A stretch of DNA of 64,000 bases from Marinobacter sp. (GCF_041690455.1 NZ_JAWLHI010000007.1:1610-65609); one strand, 5' to 3'; shown: positions 12,867 to 21,290, counted from the stretch's first letter. The notes: generated from the sequence alone by a model not told the origin. Translations and numbers: made by a program.

Positions 12867-13691
12867 ATGGAAACGATAAAGACAAGCGACTATCAGGCAT
12901 TGCAGGCCTATCTTCGGGATGCCTGCGGGATCCTGCTGAGGGACAGCGCTCAGGAGCTGGCCCGGCGACGCCTGCGGCCGGTACTGGATAATCATCAGTT
13001 GATCTCCATCGAGGATCTACTGGAAGGTCTGGACAGACCGGGGCGGTCCGGCCTGAAGGAAGCTGTCATTGATGCGATCACCATGAGCGAAAGCCGGTGG
13101 TTCGGCGACGCGTCGGTGTTTTCAATGCTGTGCGACCAGGTGTTACCCGACATCGCCGGGCGTACCCCGGGCAAGAGGGTGGCGATCTGGTCAGCGGCCT
13201 GTTCCACCGGCCAGGAGTCATACTCCCTGGCCATGGCCGCAAGCGAGTTCAAGGAGCGGAACCCCGGCAACCTGGCCGAGGCCAGGGTTTTGTCGACGGA
13301 TACCTCCCGTAGCGCCCTGGAGGTGGCCCGGCGGGCTCACTACGAACTCGGTCCTGAAGACACGGAAATTACTTCCCGGCGCAAGGAGCGTTTTTTCCAG
13401 TCCATCGAGAAGGGTGGCTGGCAAGTCAGCCCCGATATCCGTTCCCTGGTCGAGTTCCGTGAGCTGAACCTGCTTCAACGCACTTTGCCGGGCAAGTTCG
13501 ACGTGGTGATCTGCCAGAACGCCCTGGTTTACTACTCGGCAGAGAAGAGAAAGGCCATATTGGCCCGGTTTCATGCTTCCCTCAATCCCGGCGGCTACCT
13601 GATCGCCGGGTCCTCCGAGCTGGCGGGCGACATGCCCAGCCTGTACGAACCCATTGAGTGCCCCAGCGGCACCGCCTACAGGAAAAAGTAA
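12867..13691 (+). CDS. cheR: CheR-family SAM-dependent methyltransferase
   Basis: IWSAACSTGQESYSLAM, FRELNLL, FDVVICQNALVY, LNPGGYL. Confidence 0.85.
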   Translation: METIKTSDYQALQAYLRDACGILLRDSAQELARRRLRPVLDNHQLISIEDLLEGLDRPGRSGLKEAVIDAITMSESRWFGDASVFSMLCDQVLPDIAGRTPGKRVAIWSAACSTGQESYSLAMAASEFKERNPGNLAEARVLSTDTSRSALEVARRAHYELGPEDTEITSRRKERFFQSIEKGGWQVSPDIRSLVEFRELNLLQRTLPGKFDVVICQNALVYYSAEKRKAILARFHASLNPGGYLIAGSSELAGDMPSLYEPIECPSGTAYRKK

Positions 13692-13694
13692 TCC

Positions 13695-14900
13695 ATGCCT
13701 CTGAATGTCTGGGTGCTGGTGGCTGCGCAAGCGCTGGCCATGTGTACCGCACCGTTCATCATCGTCATCGGCAGCATCCAGGGCCGGGCCCTGGCACCGT
13801 CTGCTGAGTGGGCCACGCTTCCCGTGGGGCTTGTTGTGGTCGGGACGGTGCTTTCGGTCAAACTGGCCACCTGGTTGATGGAGCGGGTAGGGCGCAAACC
13901 GGTCATGCTGCTGGGGGCCATCATGGGCATCCTGGCCGGCGGTCTGGGTGCGCTGGCTTCCTGGCAGGGATCTTTCCCGCTGCTTTGTGTGGCCGCCGTC
14001 GTGGGTGGTAGTGGCCTTGCGGTGGTGCATCAGTACCGGTTTGCCGCGATGGAGTCGGTGCGTCCGGAGCTTGCAGCCTCGGCCGCAGCCAGGGTGCTTC
14101 TGGGCGGGCTCGGTGCAGCCTGGTTGGGGCCAGAAATTGCCACGCTCGGAGCCGGTCCGGATGAGACTCATCCGTTCATGGATAGCTGGCTTGGGCTGCT
14201 GGCGGTGCAGGCCGTGGCCCTGGTGACACTTTTCGCCGGCTATCGCTCGAAGGGCGAGCTGGTCCGGGAGGACCATGTTGGCGGCGGCCGGCCACTGCGG
14301 GAAATCCTGGTCAATCCCCTGGTACTGGCAGCGATCGGTGCTGCGGCCATCGGTTATGCGGTGATGGCCTTCATCATGACCGCGACCCCGCTCAGCATGA
14401 CCGAAATGGCCGGTCACAGCCTCGACGATGCCAAGACGGTCATCCAGCTCCACATCATGGCCATGTACCTGCCATCCCTGATCAGCGGCTGGCTGACCCG
14501 GGTAGTGGGCATTCCGCTGATGATGGTCGGCGGGCTGCTGGCCTATCTCGCATGCGTGCTGCTTGCGGCAGCCGGCATCAGCTTCCACCACTACCTGTGG
14601 GCGCTCCTGTTGCTGGGCATGGGCTGGAATTTTCTGTTTGTGGGTGGAACTGCCTTGTTGCCACAGGGCTACCAGGATTCCGAGCGTTTCCGGGTGCAGG
14701 GGCTCAATGACATCCTTGTGTTCGGCTCCCAGGCGACCGCGTCGCTGTCTGCGGGAGCGGTTTTTGCCTGGGTCGGGTGGTCCGGTCTGGTTATGGTCTC
14801 CGTACCTTTCCTGGTACTTCAGGGCATTCTCGTGATGCTTTGGCTTGCACGCTCCAGGGCAACCCAGAAGCTGCAGACAGGAGGCGCAGATGCAGATTGA
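13695..14900 (+). CDS. MFS transporter (RfnT-like subfamily)
   Basis: About 12 hydrophobic segments; MFS loop motif LMERVGRK; QYRFAA motif. Confidence 0.85.
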   Translation: MPLNVWVLVAAQALAMCTAPFIIVIGSIQGRALAPSAEWATLPVGLVVVGTVLSVKLATWLMERVGRKPVMLLGAIMGILAGGLGALASWQGSFPLLCVAAVVGGSGLAVVHQYRFAAMESVRPELAASAAARVLLGGLGAAWLGPEIATLGAGPDETHPFMDSWLGLLAVQAVALVTLFAGYRSKGELVREDHVGGGRPLREILVNPLVLAAIGAAAIGYAVMAFIMTATPLSMTEMAGHSLDDAKTVIQLHIMAMYLPSLISGWLTRVVGIPLMMVGGLLAYLACVLLAAAGISFHHYLWALLLLGMGWNFLFVGGTALLPQGYQDSERFRVQGLNDILVFGSQATASLSAGAVFAWVGWSGLVMVSVPFLVLQGILVMLWLARSRATQKLQTGGADAD

Positions 14901-14992
14901 TTTTGATGGCATGGACCCGAAAGAGGTCTATCACATCCTCACCCAGACCATTATTCCCCGACCGGCGTGATTGCCACAGGAGGTCCGAATCC

Positions 14993-15910
14993 ATGGAACA
15001 GCTCAACCTCCGGCATCTGTATTATTTCTGGGTGATCAGTCGGGAAGGCTCGATCGCCCGGGCCAGTGAGCTGCTCGATCTGGCGCCGCAAACCCTGAGC
15101 GGTCAGCTGGCCACCTTTGAGTCGGCCGTCGGAGGAAGGCTTTTCCTCCGCGAACGGCGGAAACTGGCGTTGACCGACCTCGGACGGATGATCCTCGGCT
15201 ATGCCGACGACATTTTCGCCCTTACCGGGGAGCTGACCGACACACTGCAACTTGCCCCCGCCGATCGTCCCCTGACGCTGGCCGCAGGTATCTCCGCCTC
15301 GATCCACAAGCTTATTGCCTATTACCTGTTGCAGCCGGCCATGGCGCTCAAACGACCGGTGCAGCTGGAATGCCGGACCGGAAGGACCGAGGATCTGGTA
15401 CTGAGCCTCAAGCGAAAAGAGCTGGATGTGGTTCTGGCGGACCGGATGCCGGGGCTGGATGAGCACGGTCCCTTCACGGTGCACCCGGTTGCCGGCTCCA
15501 GTATTAGCCTGTTTGCCGCCCCGGCGCTGGCTGCCAACCTGCGGGAAGGATTCCCCGATTCCCTGAATGGCCAGCCTCTGCTGGCCAATGCCACAGATGC
15601 GCCGTATTTCGAGCGCCTGATGAACTGGCTGTCACTGCAGGGTGTGCGAATGAAGCTGGTGGCCCGGGTTGATGACAGTGCCCTGATCAAGGTTTTCGGA
15701 CGTCAGGGTTATGGCGTCTTTGCCGCGCCCACGGTGATACGGCGAGAAGTCTGCCGGCAGTACGAGGTGGAGCACATCGCCTGTATTGAAGAAGTGCAGG
15801 ATGAATTGTTTGCCATCACCCGTGGCCGTAAGCTGGCCCACGAGGGCGTGCGGGCAATCTGTATGGACCCTGTCAATTTCAGCGCGCTTGGAACAGACCT
15901 GGAGAATTGA
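14993..15910 (+). CDS. nhaR: LysR-family regulator, NhaR-like
   Basis: MEQLNLRHLYYFWVISREGSIARASELL..PQTLSGQ helix-turn-helix; DDSALIKVFG motif; GGAGG RBS before ATG 14993. Confidence 0.75.
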   Translation: MEQLNLRHLYYFWVISREGSIARASELLDLAPQTLSGQLATFESAVGGRLFLRERRKLALTDLGRMILGYADDIFALTGELTDTLQLAPADRPLTLAAGISASIHKLIAYYLLQPAMALKRPVQLECRTGRTEDLVLSLKRKELDVVLADRMPGLDEHGPFTVHPVAGSSISLFAAPALAANLREGFPDSLNGQPLLANATDAPYFERLMNWLSLQGVRMKLVARVDDSALIKVFGRQGYGVFAAPTVIRREVCRQYEVEHIACIEEVQDELFAITRGRKLAHEGVRAICMDPVNFSALGTDLEN

Positions 15911-16014
15911 TGCATCGAAAAGTTCGATGTTAAAGGATCAAAAAAGCTTATTTTCTCGAAGTTGGGATCGGAGGAACATGGGAATCGTGAAGTGGCAACT
16001 CGGAGGATGCAGCC

Positions 16015-16386
16015 ATGAAAACGATTCACAAATTCCGCGTTGAAGCCGGAAAAGAGCCGACAACCCTGAACCTGAAAGAGGGCTACCGGGTAGTGCGCTG
16101 CGAATACATCGTCCCGCACAAGGCCGTGTACCTCTGGGTGGAACAGCCGCTGAATGTTGGCACACCGACAGTCGAGCGTCAGTTCCGGGTGGCCCTGTCC
16201 GGTGAGCCGGTGCCGGACCGTTTCGACTATCTCGGTACCGCACTGGACCCGTTCGGACCGGAGGCTTACCACGTGTTCGCCCTGCCGGCCGGGGAAAACG
16301 ATTTCCGCTATACGCCCGCGGACGATGGCGCAAGCAACGACCTCTTCAGCAGCGTCGGTTGGCAGTCCTCAGCAATGTCATCCTGA
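16015..16386 (+). CDS. Small hypothetical protein (DUF7352-like)
   Basis: 123 aa with GGAGG RBS and its own terminator; MKTIHKF..LWVE..RQFRV..YLGT..AYHVF pattern recalled from a DUF family. Confidence 0.6.
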   Translation: MKTIHKFRVEAGKEPTTLNLKEGYRVVRCEYIVPHKAVYLWVEQPLNVGTPTVERQFRVALSGEPVPDRFDYLGTALDPFGPEAYHVFALPAGENDFRYTPADDGASNDLFSSVGWQSSAMSS

Positions 16387-16399
16387 TGCGCACTCTCTT

Positions 16400-16419
16400 G
16401 GCCCTTCGGGGCCTTTTTT
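16400..16419 (+). terminator. Intrinsic terminator
   Basis: GGCCC-TTCG-GGGCC followed by TTTTTT. Confidence 0.75.
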
Positions 16420-16423
16420 CTTT

Positions 16424-17083
16424 CTACCGTGCTGCCAGGGGAAGGTGGCCGGTCTTGACCCAGATAACAGTTTCCTGCTCCACAAACGGGTGATGCTGGC
16501 TCATATGCGGGCTGCGGATCCAGGTGCCGGCAGGATAGCGGCCATGCTCATCGCAGAACTCACCAGAGAGCACAAAGATTTCTTCGCCGCCAAAGTGCCG
16601 GTGGGGCTGGAATACTTCGTTGGCGGGCCATTTCACCAGTGCCACGTGTTCGTGTTCAAAGTCATGCAGGGGCATCACTTGAAGCCCGCCAATGCCCGGT
16701 AACCACTCAGCCGTGCGCGTATCCACCCGGACGGTCTCCGTGTCTCTCTCGTCAAACTGGTGCAGCTTGACCAGCAGGGTACATCCCTCCTTGCTGAAGG
16801 GCGCGTGGCCGCTGCCGGGCGGGTTGCGCAGATAGGTGCCGGCCGGGTAGTCGCCGGTCTCGTCGGAGAAGACGCCTTCGAGTACCAGGATTTCCTCTCC
16901 CAGCGGGTGTTCGTGGCGCTTGAACGATGCTCCAGGCTCATAGCGGACCACGCTGGTTGCGTGACCCCGTTCGGCTTCTTCCCGGGCCAGTGGCTTCCGC
17001 ATGACACCGCCGGCAGGGCTGGGCACCCAGTCCATCTCTGCGGTACGGATCACCACCTTTTCACTGAAATCCATATTGAGCAT
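16424..17083 (-). CDS. ChrR-like tandem cupin protein
   Basis: Two cupin motifs (HEHPLGEEILVLEG; HRHFGGEEIFVLSG), each followed by YPAGT..R.P..S.H.PF; start ATG 17083. Confidence 0.85.
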   Translation of the reverse strand: MLNMDFSEKVVIRTAEMDWVPSPAGGVMRKPLAREEAERGHATSVVRYEPGASFKRHEHPLGEEILVLEGVFSDETGDYPAGTYLRNPPGSGHAPFSKEGCTLLVKLHQFDERDTETVRVDTRTAEWLPGIGGLQVMPLHDFEHEHVALVKWPANEVFQPHRHFGGEEIFVLSGEFCDEHGRYPAGTWIRSPHMSQHHPFVEQETVIWVKTGHLPLAAR

Positions 17084-17154
17084 GACAAACCTCTGATTGC
17101 TGAAGTGCCGGGAATACGCCAGCGGATGCGCGCTGGATGACCGCGCCAGGCCGA

Positions 17155-17685
17155 TTACTTGATGAGCGCCTGGATATCCCGGAAACGGGGGTGCCGGCAA
17201 TCGCGCATCCATTCAAAGGCAACCATTTCCAGAGTGACAATCCTGGCGCCACTCTCGTTCAGTCGATCCAGGGCCACATCCCGGTCAAAATCATTTCTCG
17301 AGCCGGTGGCATCTGCCACCACCCACACCTTGTAGCCGGCATCCAGGAGGCTCAGGGCGGTCTGCATCATACAGACATGGGTCTCACAGCCACCAATGAC
17401 AATATGCTGCCGACCTTCCGGTAGCTGATCGATGAGGCCATCCGGGCAGGCATCGAAATGGGTCTTGTCGAGAACCGAATCGCACAGTTCCCGCACCGAT
17501 TCGATATTGGGGCCGAGCTTGTCCGGCAGTTGCTCTGTACCGAGCACAGGAACCCCGAGGAGCCCTGCAATGGTTGCGAGCGTCGTGCACCGGTCAGCCA
17601 CTTCCTCGCCGAAGCTGATCGCGGGCATCAGCTTTTCCTGGAGATCAATCAGGATCAGGACAGATTGGCCTGCTTTCATCAGCAT
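17155..17685 (-). CDS. Isochorismatase-family hydrolase
   Basis: LIDLQEKL, TEQ.P..LG, K..F, GGCETHVCMMQT, VADATGSR. Confidence 0.88.
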   Translation of the reverse strand: MLMKAGQSVLILIDLQEKLMPAISFGEEVADRCTTLATIAGLLGVPVLGTEQLPDKLGPNIESVRELCDSVLDKTHFDACPDGLIDQLPEGRQHIVIGGCETHVCMMQTALSLLDAGYKVWVVADATGSRNDFDRDVALDRLNESGARIVTLEMVAFEWMRDCRHPRFRDIQALIK

Positions 17686-17815
17686 TGTTATTCTCCTTGT
17701 TCTGAGAGGGCAGTATTGTACGAGGCGTTCCTCTAACGATACTACTCAACTTGTTCAACCGTTAACCTGAAACCAGGCCAACGTGAAATTTTTTCGGTGA
17801 TTTCCGGATAGGGTG

Positions 17816-17844
17816 TTGCCAAGGGCCCGAAAAACCATTAAAGT
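17816..17844 (+). promoter_or_regulatory. Sigma70 stable-RNA promoter of tRNA-Ser
   Basis: TTGCCA-17 nt-TAAAGT followed by GC-rich discriminator TTGCGCCC. Confidence 0.65.
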
Positions 17845-17892
17845 TTGCGCCCTCAAATGAGCGGCAACACCGCTGATTTGAAACAGTTTATT

Positions 17893-17983
17893 GGAGAGGT
17901 GGCCGAGTGGCTGAAGGCGCACGCCTGGAAAGTGTGTATACGTTAATAGCGTATCGAGGGTTCGAATCCCTCCCTCTCCGCCA
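17893..17983 (+). tRNA. tRNA-Ser (GGA)
   Basis: GGAGAGG/CCTCTCC acceptor stem, anticodon arm CACGC-CTGGAAA-GTGTG, long variable arm, GGTTCGAATCC T-loop, encoded CCA. Confidence 0.97.
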
Positions 17984-17989
17984 ATACAG

Positions 17990-18014
17990 AACCCCAGCAT
18001 CGCTGGGGTTTTTT
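17990..18014 (+). terminator. Intrinsic terminator after tRNA-Ser
   Basis: AACCCCAGC-atc-GCTGGGGTT followed by a T run. Confidence 0.8.
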
Positions 18015-18159
18015 ATTGGCCGATTGGTAGGGTAAGAAGAACCTTCGCAGGTTCGACCGAAGGCGGCGAAGCAGCCTGAGGAACGTCGGAGCAACGCGAC
18101 GACGGCCCCGAAGGGGTGAGGCCCGCAGGGCCGAATAATCCTCCCTCTCCGCCAATACA

Positions 18160-18190
18160 AAACCCCGTCAGAAATGGCGGGGTTTTTTAT
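18160..18190 (+). terminator. Second intrinsic terminator after the repeat
   Basis: AAACCCCGTCA-gaaa-TGGCGGGGTTT followed by a T run. Confidence 0.8.
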
Positions 18191-18317
18191 TGGGCGTATT
18201 CCAGGTCTAAACTTGATGAGTATCACTTCTTGAGCGGTATCCACCCTTGCGGGTTTGATAGTCGGGAATAACCATATATAAAACAGGTATAACCTACTGA
18301 ACGAAAAGGAGTCGGAT

Positions 18318-18824
18318 ATGTCTCCACGCCCCTTCTGGTCACCCCTCTGGGCAGGCATTGCCCTGGGGTTGGCGTTATTTCTCACCTTTGTCCTGACCGG
18401 TCACGGCTTGGGCGCCAGTGGTTTCTTTACCCGGTTTACCGCGGAAGTTAGTCAGTGGCTGGCACCGGAGCTGACGGCGGCCAACCGGTACCTGGGCGAT
18501 TATGTCCGTGGTGAGCCACTGCAGGCCTGGATCACCTGGGAGGTGATCGGAGCGTTCATTGGTGCACTTGTCGGTGCGCTCTCCGGTCGAAGGTTCAGAC
18601 CACAGGTGGAACGGGGGCCCTCATCCGGAGTCGGTAGCCGGCTCGTGCTGGCTCTGATCGGTGGTATCCTGACCGGTCTCGGTGCCCGTCTGGCACGCGG
18701 CTGCACCAGTGGCCTCGGTCTTTCCGGCGGCGCTGCATTGGCGGTTGGGGGCTTTGTGTTCCTGATCTGCTTCTTCGCGGCGGGTTTCCTGTTCAGCTTC
18801 ATTGTACGGAGGTACTGGCAATGA
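18318..18824 (+). CDS. YeeE/YedE sulfur-transport family membrane protein (first half)
   Basis: W..AGI.LGL, G..LGAS, GARLARGCTSG motif; AAGGAG RBS. Confidence 0.88.
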   Translation: MSPRPFWSPLWAGIALGLALFLTFVLTGHGLGASGFFTRFTAEVSQWLAPELTAANRYLGDYVRGEPLQAWITWEVIGAFIGALVGALSGRRFRPQVERGPSSGVGSRLVLALIGGILTGLGARLARGCTSGLGLSGGAALAVGGFVFLICFFAAGFLFSFIVRRYWQ

Positions 18825-19432
18825 TCTGGCCCCTCTATGATTTCGGTGTTGCGTCCGGTTTGCTGGCCGGCTTCCTGTTCGGCTTTGTACTCGAAAATGC
18901 AGGGTTTGGCAGCCCCCGGAAACTCACCGGGCAGTTCCGGCTTGAAGACTGGTCCGTGTTCAAGGTGATGTTTACCGCGGTTATTGTGGCGGCCGTGCTG
19001 CTGTGGCTGTCGAAACAGTTCGGTTTGATGGGGGCCGGCAGCTACTACGTACCCACGCCGTTCTATGTCGCTATGGCGGTCGGCGGATTGTTGATTGGCG
19101 CAGGATTCGCTATTGGTGGCTATTGCCCGGGAACGTCGGTTGCCGGACTCGCCGGCGGTCGTATTGACGCTATCGTGTTCATGGTCGGAATGCTACTGGG
19201 CACCGCCTTGTTTGCCGCCTGGTTCGGCCCGCTGGAGGACCTCTATCTGGCCACTCCCGGTCCACAGGGGCAGACTCTGATGGATCTTACCGGCATTCCC
19301 GAATGGCTCATTATTCTCGTGCTGGCGGCAATGGCCTGGGGTGGTTTCAAGTTGGGTAGCAGACTCGAGCAAAAGCTGGGCGGGCCCTACCAGGCCTCCG
19401 ATCTTTATCCGGCGGACAACAAACAGAACTGA
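18821..19432 (+). CDS. YeeE/YedE sulfur-transport family membrane protein (second half)
   Basis: GFLFGFVLE..GF, D.SVFKVM, GFAIGGYCPGT motif; ATGA overlap with the upstream gene. Confidence 0.88.
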   Translation: MIWPLYDFGVASGLLAGFLFGFVLENAGFGSPRKLTGQFRLEDWSVFKVMFTAVIVAAVLLWLSKQFGLMGAGSYYVPTPFYVAMAVGGLLIGAGFAIGGYCPGTSVAGLAGGRIDAIVFMVGMLLGTALFAAWFGPLEDLYLATPGPQGQTLMDLTGIPEWLIILVLAAMAWGGFKLGSRLEQKLGGPYQASDLYPADNKQN

Positions 19433-19444
19433 AGGAGCACAGTC

Positions 19445-20257
19445 ATGACCAGTTACCGTTTCAAACGTGCCGCATTACCTGTAGCCATTACCATCGCCTT
19501 GGGCATGGGTGTTGCCGGGTGCTCCGATTCGCAGAACCCGGCCGCAACACAGGGTCAGACAAGCAGTCAGTCGTCGAGTGCCAATCCCTGTGCGGCCGCG
19601 AATCCGTGCGCGGCAGCCAGCCAGAGTGGGGCGAACCCCTGCGCGGCGGCCAACCCCTGCGCCGCAGCCAATCCATCAGCAAACCCCTGTGCGGCAAACT
19701 CCGGCTCGGGTAGTGGCACAGCCCAGCCAATGCCCGCAGCCGTTCCCAGATCGACCGCGCAAAATCCTGACCGGGCGCTTCCTTACGCAATTGAAAGTGA
19801 CCGGACAGAGGCGCCTTTCGGCAGTGAAATGCCTTCCGTGGTCAAAAACTACAACAGGCCATCGCCGTTTATTGCCGCTGGCGGCCATGTGGAGAAAGGC
19901 GCAATGGCAGAACTGAAGGCCCAGGGCTTCAATACCGTGGTCAGTCTGCTCACCGAAGAGGAAGGTGTGGCGGAGGAAAAGGCGGAGGCACATGCCGCCG
20001 GCCTGAATTTCTATGGGCTTGGCGTTTCAACCAGCGCGCCAACCCGGGCTCAGGTGGAGGCATTCTCGAAGATCGCATCTTCGCCGGCGAACTATCCGAT
20101 TCTGGTGCACTGTGCCAGCAGTAACCGGGTAGGGGCGATGTGGGCCCTGTACCGGTTCCAGATGGGTGTGCCTGCGGAGATTGCCATTGAGGAAGGGCGG
20201 GCTGCCGGTCTGAAAACGAGCCGGGAAGGTGCTGTTCGGGAACTCATGGGCCTCTGA
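19445..20257 (+). CDS. Lipoprotein: ANPCAA-repeat linker plus DUF442/PTP-fold Cys sulfurtransferase domain
   Basis: Lipobox GVAGC (Cys26); five ANPCAA repeats; C-terminal GF.TVVSL..EEE..VHCASSNRVGAMW matches the DUF442/Blh-type HCxxxxR loop. Confidence 0.8.
   Translation: MTSYRFKRAALPVAITIALGMGVAGCSDSQNPAATQGQTSSQSSSANPCAAANPCAAASQSGANPCAAANPCAAANPSANPCAANSGSGSGTAQPMPAAVPRSTAQNPDRALPYAIESDRTEAPFGSEMPSVVKNYNRPSPFIAAGGHVEKGAMAELKAQGFNTVVSLLTEEEGVAEEKAEAHAAGLNFYGLGVSTSAPTRAQVEAFSKIASSPANYPILVHCASSNRVGAMWALYRFQMGVPAEIAIEEGRAAGLKTSREGAVRELMGL
19580..19696 (+). repeat. Intragenic 18-nt (ANPCAA) repeats, five copies plus a degenerate ANPS
   Basis: gccaatccctgtgcggcc, gcgaatccgtgcgcggca, gcgaacccctgcgcggcg, gccaacccctgcgccgca, gcaaacccctgtgcggca. 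Confidence 0.95.
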
Positions 20258-20925
20258 TGGATTTTCAGCCTGACCTCTCGGCCCTGGCGGACGAAGAGCT
20301 CGAAAGCCTCCTGGATTCGGCCAGCCGGGTCCGGGAGTGCTATCGCGTGCTTGAGAAAGGCGGCCTGAATGTTGTGGGTGAGGTTTTGAAGGGCCAGGGC
20401 ACCTTCTACGAGATGGAGCATTACCCCAAGGGTGATGTCTTCGACCGGGACACCCGCAGCCAGTACTATTACCACGCCCACCGGCAGGACAACCCCGAAC
20501 ACGGCCATTTCCATACGTTCCTGAGGCTGCCGGACGGGGAGAAGGGCGAAGATCGCACCATGCACCTGATTGCCATCTCCATGGATGCCTGGGGCTTCCC
20601 GACCGGACTGTTTACCACCAATCGCTGGGTGACCGACGAGAAGTGGCATCCCTCCGACCAGATCATCCCCCGTCTTGGCGAGTTTGAAATCGACCATGCG
20701 TCACCAAGCTGGCCGGTAAACATCTGGATAACCCACTTTGTCCGGCTCTACCGGTTTCATATTGCAGCCATGCTGGAAGAACGTGATCGGGTCATCCAGT
20801 CCGTCGGGCGGCCGCTTGATGAGGTCCTGGAGAACCGGGACTTTGAGGTCCTCAGCAGCTGCGAGGTTGATGTTGAAGCGTGGCAGAAAACCCTGAACCA
20901 GGCCTTGCGACAACAGCATCGCTGA
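20257..20925 (+). CDS. Hypothetical protein with YYYHAH and HGHFHTF motifs (DUF6969-like)
   Basis: 222 aa; TGATG coupling to the upstream gene; His-rich motifs. Family name is from memory. Confidence 0.7.
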   Translation: MDFQPDLSALADEELESLLDSASRVRECYRVLEKGGLNVVGEVLKGQGTFYEMEHYPKGDVFDRDTRSQYYYHAHRQDNPEHGHFHTFLRLPDGEKGEDRTMHLIAISMDAWGFPTGLFTTNRWVTDEKWHPSDQIIPRLGEFEIDHASPSWPVNIWITHFVRLYRFHIAAMLEERDRVIQSVGRPLDEVLENRDFEVLSSCEVDVEAWQKTLNQALRQQHR

Positions 20926-20929
20926 AATG

Positions 20930-21208
20930 TCAGTAGCGTACCCCGAAATTCGAGAACTCCCCATTCGCCCGCTGCTCCTCAACCTCGATATCAGTGACCT
21001 TGGCCGCAGGGGGACCTTCCTGGCACCACTGGTGCAATTGCTGGAGCTCTTCCGGACTGCCTTCGGCAATCACCTCGACGCGTCCGTCCGGCAGGTTCCT
21101 GGCATAGCCGAACAGCCCCAGCCGATTGGCTTCCTTTTCGGTGGAGGCCCGGTAGTAGACACCCTGCACCTTGCCTGAGATCAGCATTTTCCAGCGTTTC
21201 TTGTCCAT
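20930..21208 (-). CDS. acyP: Acylphosphatase
   Basis: GKVQGVYYR, G.ARNL.DGRVEV, GPPAA.V. Confidence 0.92.
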   Translation of the reverse strand: MDKKRWKMLISGKVQGVYYRASTEKEANRLGLFGYARNLPDGRVEVIAEGSPEELQQLHQWCQEGPPAAKVTDIEVEEQRANGEFSNFGVRY

Positions 21209-21290
21209 AGCAGTCGCGCGACTCCGTTACATGTTAGCCTGAGACCAATCTAACGCCCCGGCCGGAAACGATTCAAGGAAGGGTAAAGCC

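Larger units (their letters stand above)
17984..18190 (+). repeat. RtT-like tRNA-linked repeat duplicating the tRNA 3' end
   Basis: CCTCCCTCTCCGCCAATACA occurs at 17969-17988 and 18140-18159 (171 nt period), each followed by a terminator hairpin. The interior (GGTTCGAC..CCCCGAAGGGGTGAGGCCCGCAGGGCCGAATAATCC) resembles E. coli RtT as remembered. Confidence 0.75.

Noticed and set aside
17969-18190. Repeat-spacer-repeat pattern as a possible CRISPR
   Set aside because: Only two copies, 171 nt apart, identical to a tRNA end, and no cas genes.
17888-18385. 165-aa minus-strand ORF (also 17755-18000 and 17943-18155)
   Set aside because: These lie antisense to tRNA-Ser and its repeat; their internal peptide repeats just mirror the tRNA-end duplication.
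19580-19696. 18-nt tandem repeats as a contingency locus or CRISPR
   Set aside because: They are in frame and synonymously diverged, so they are a protein-level repeat rather than a slippage tract.
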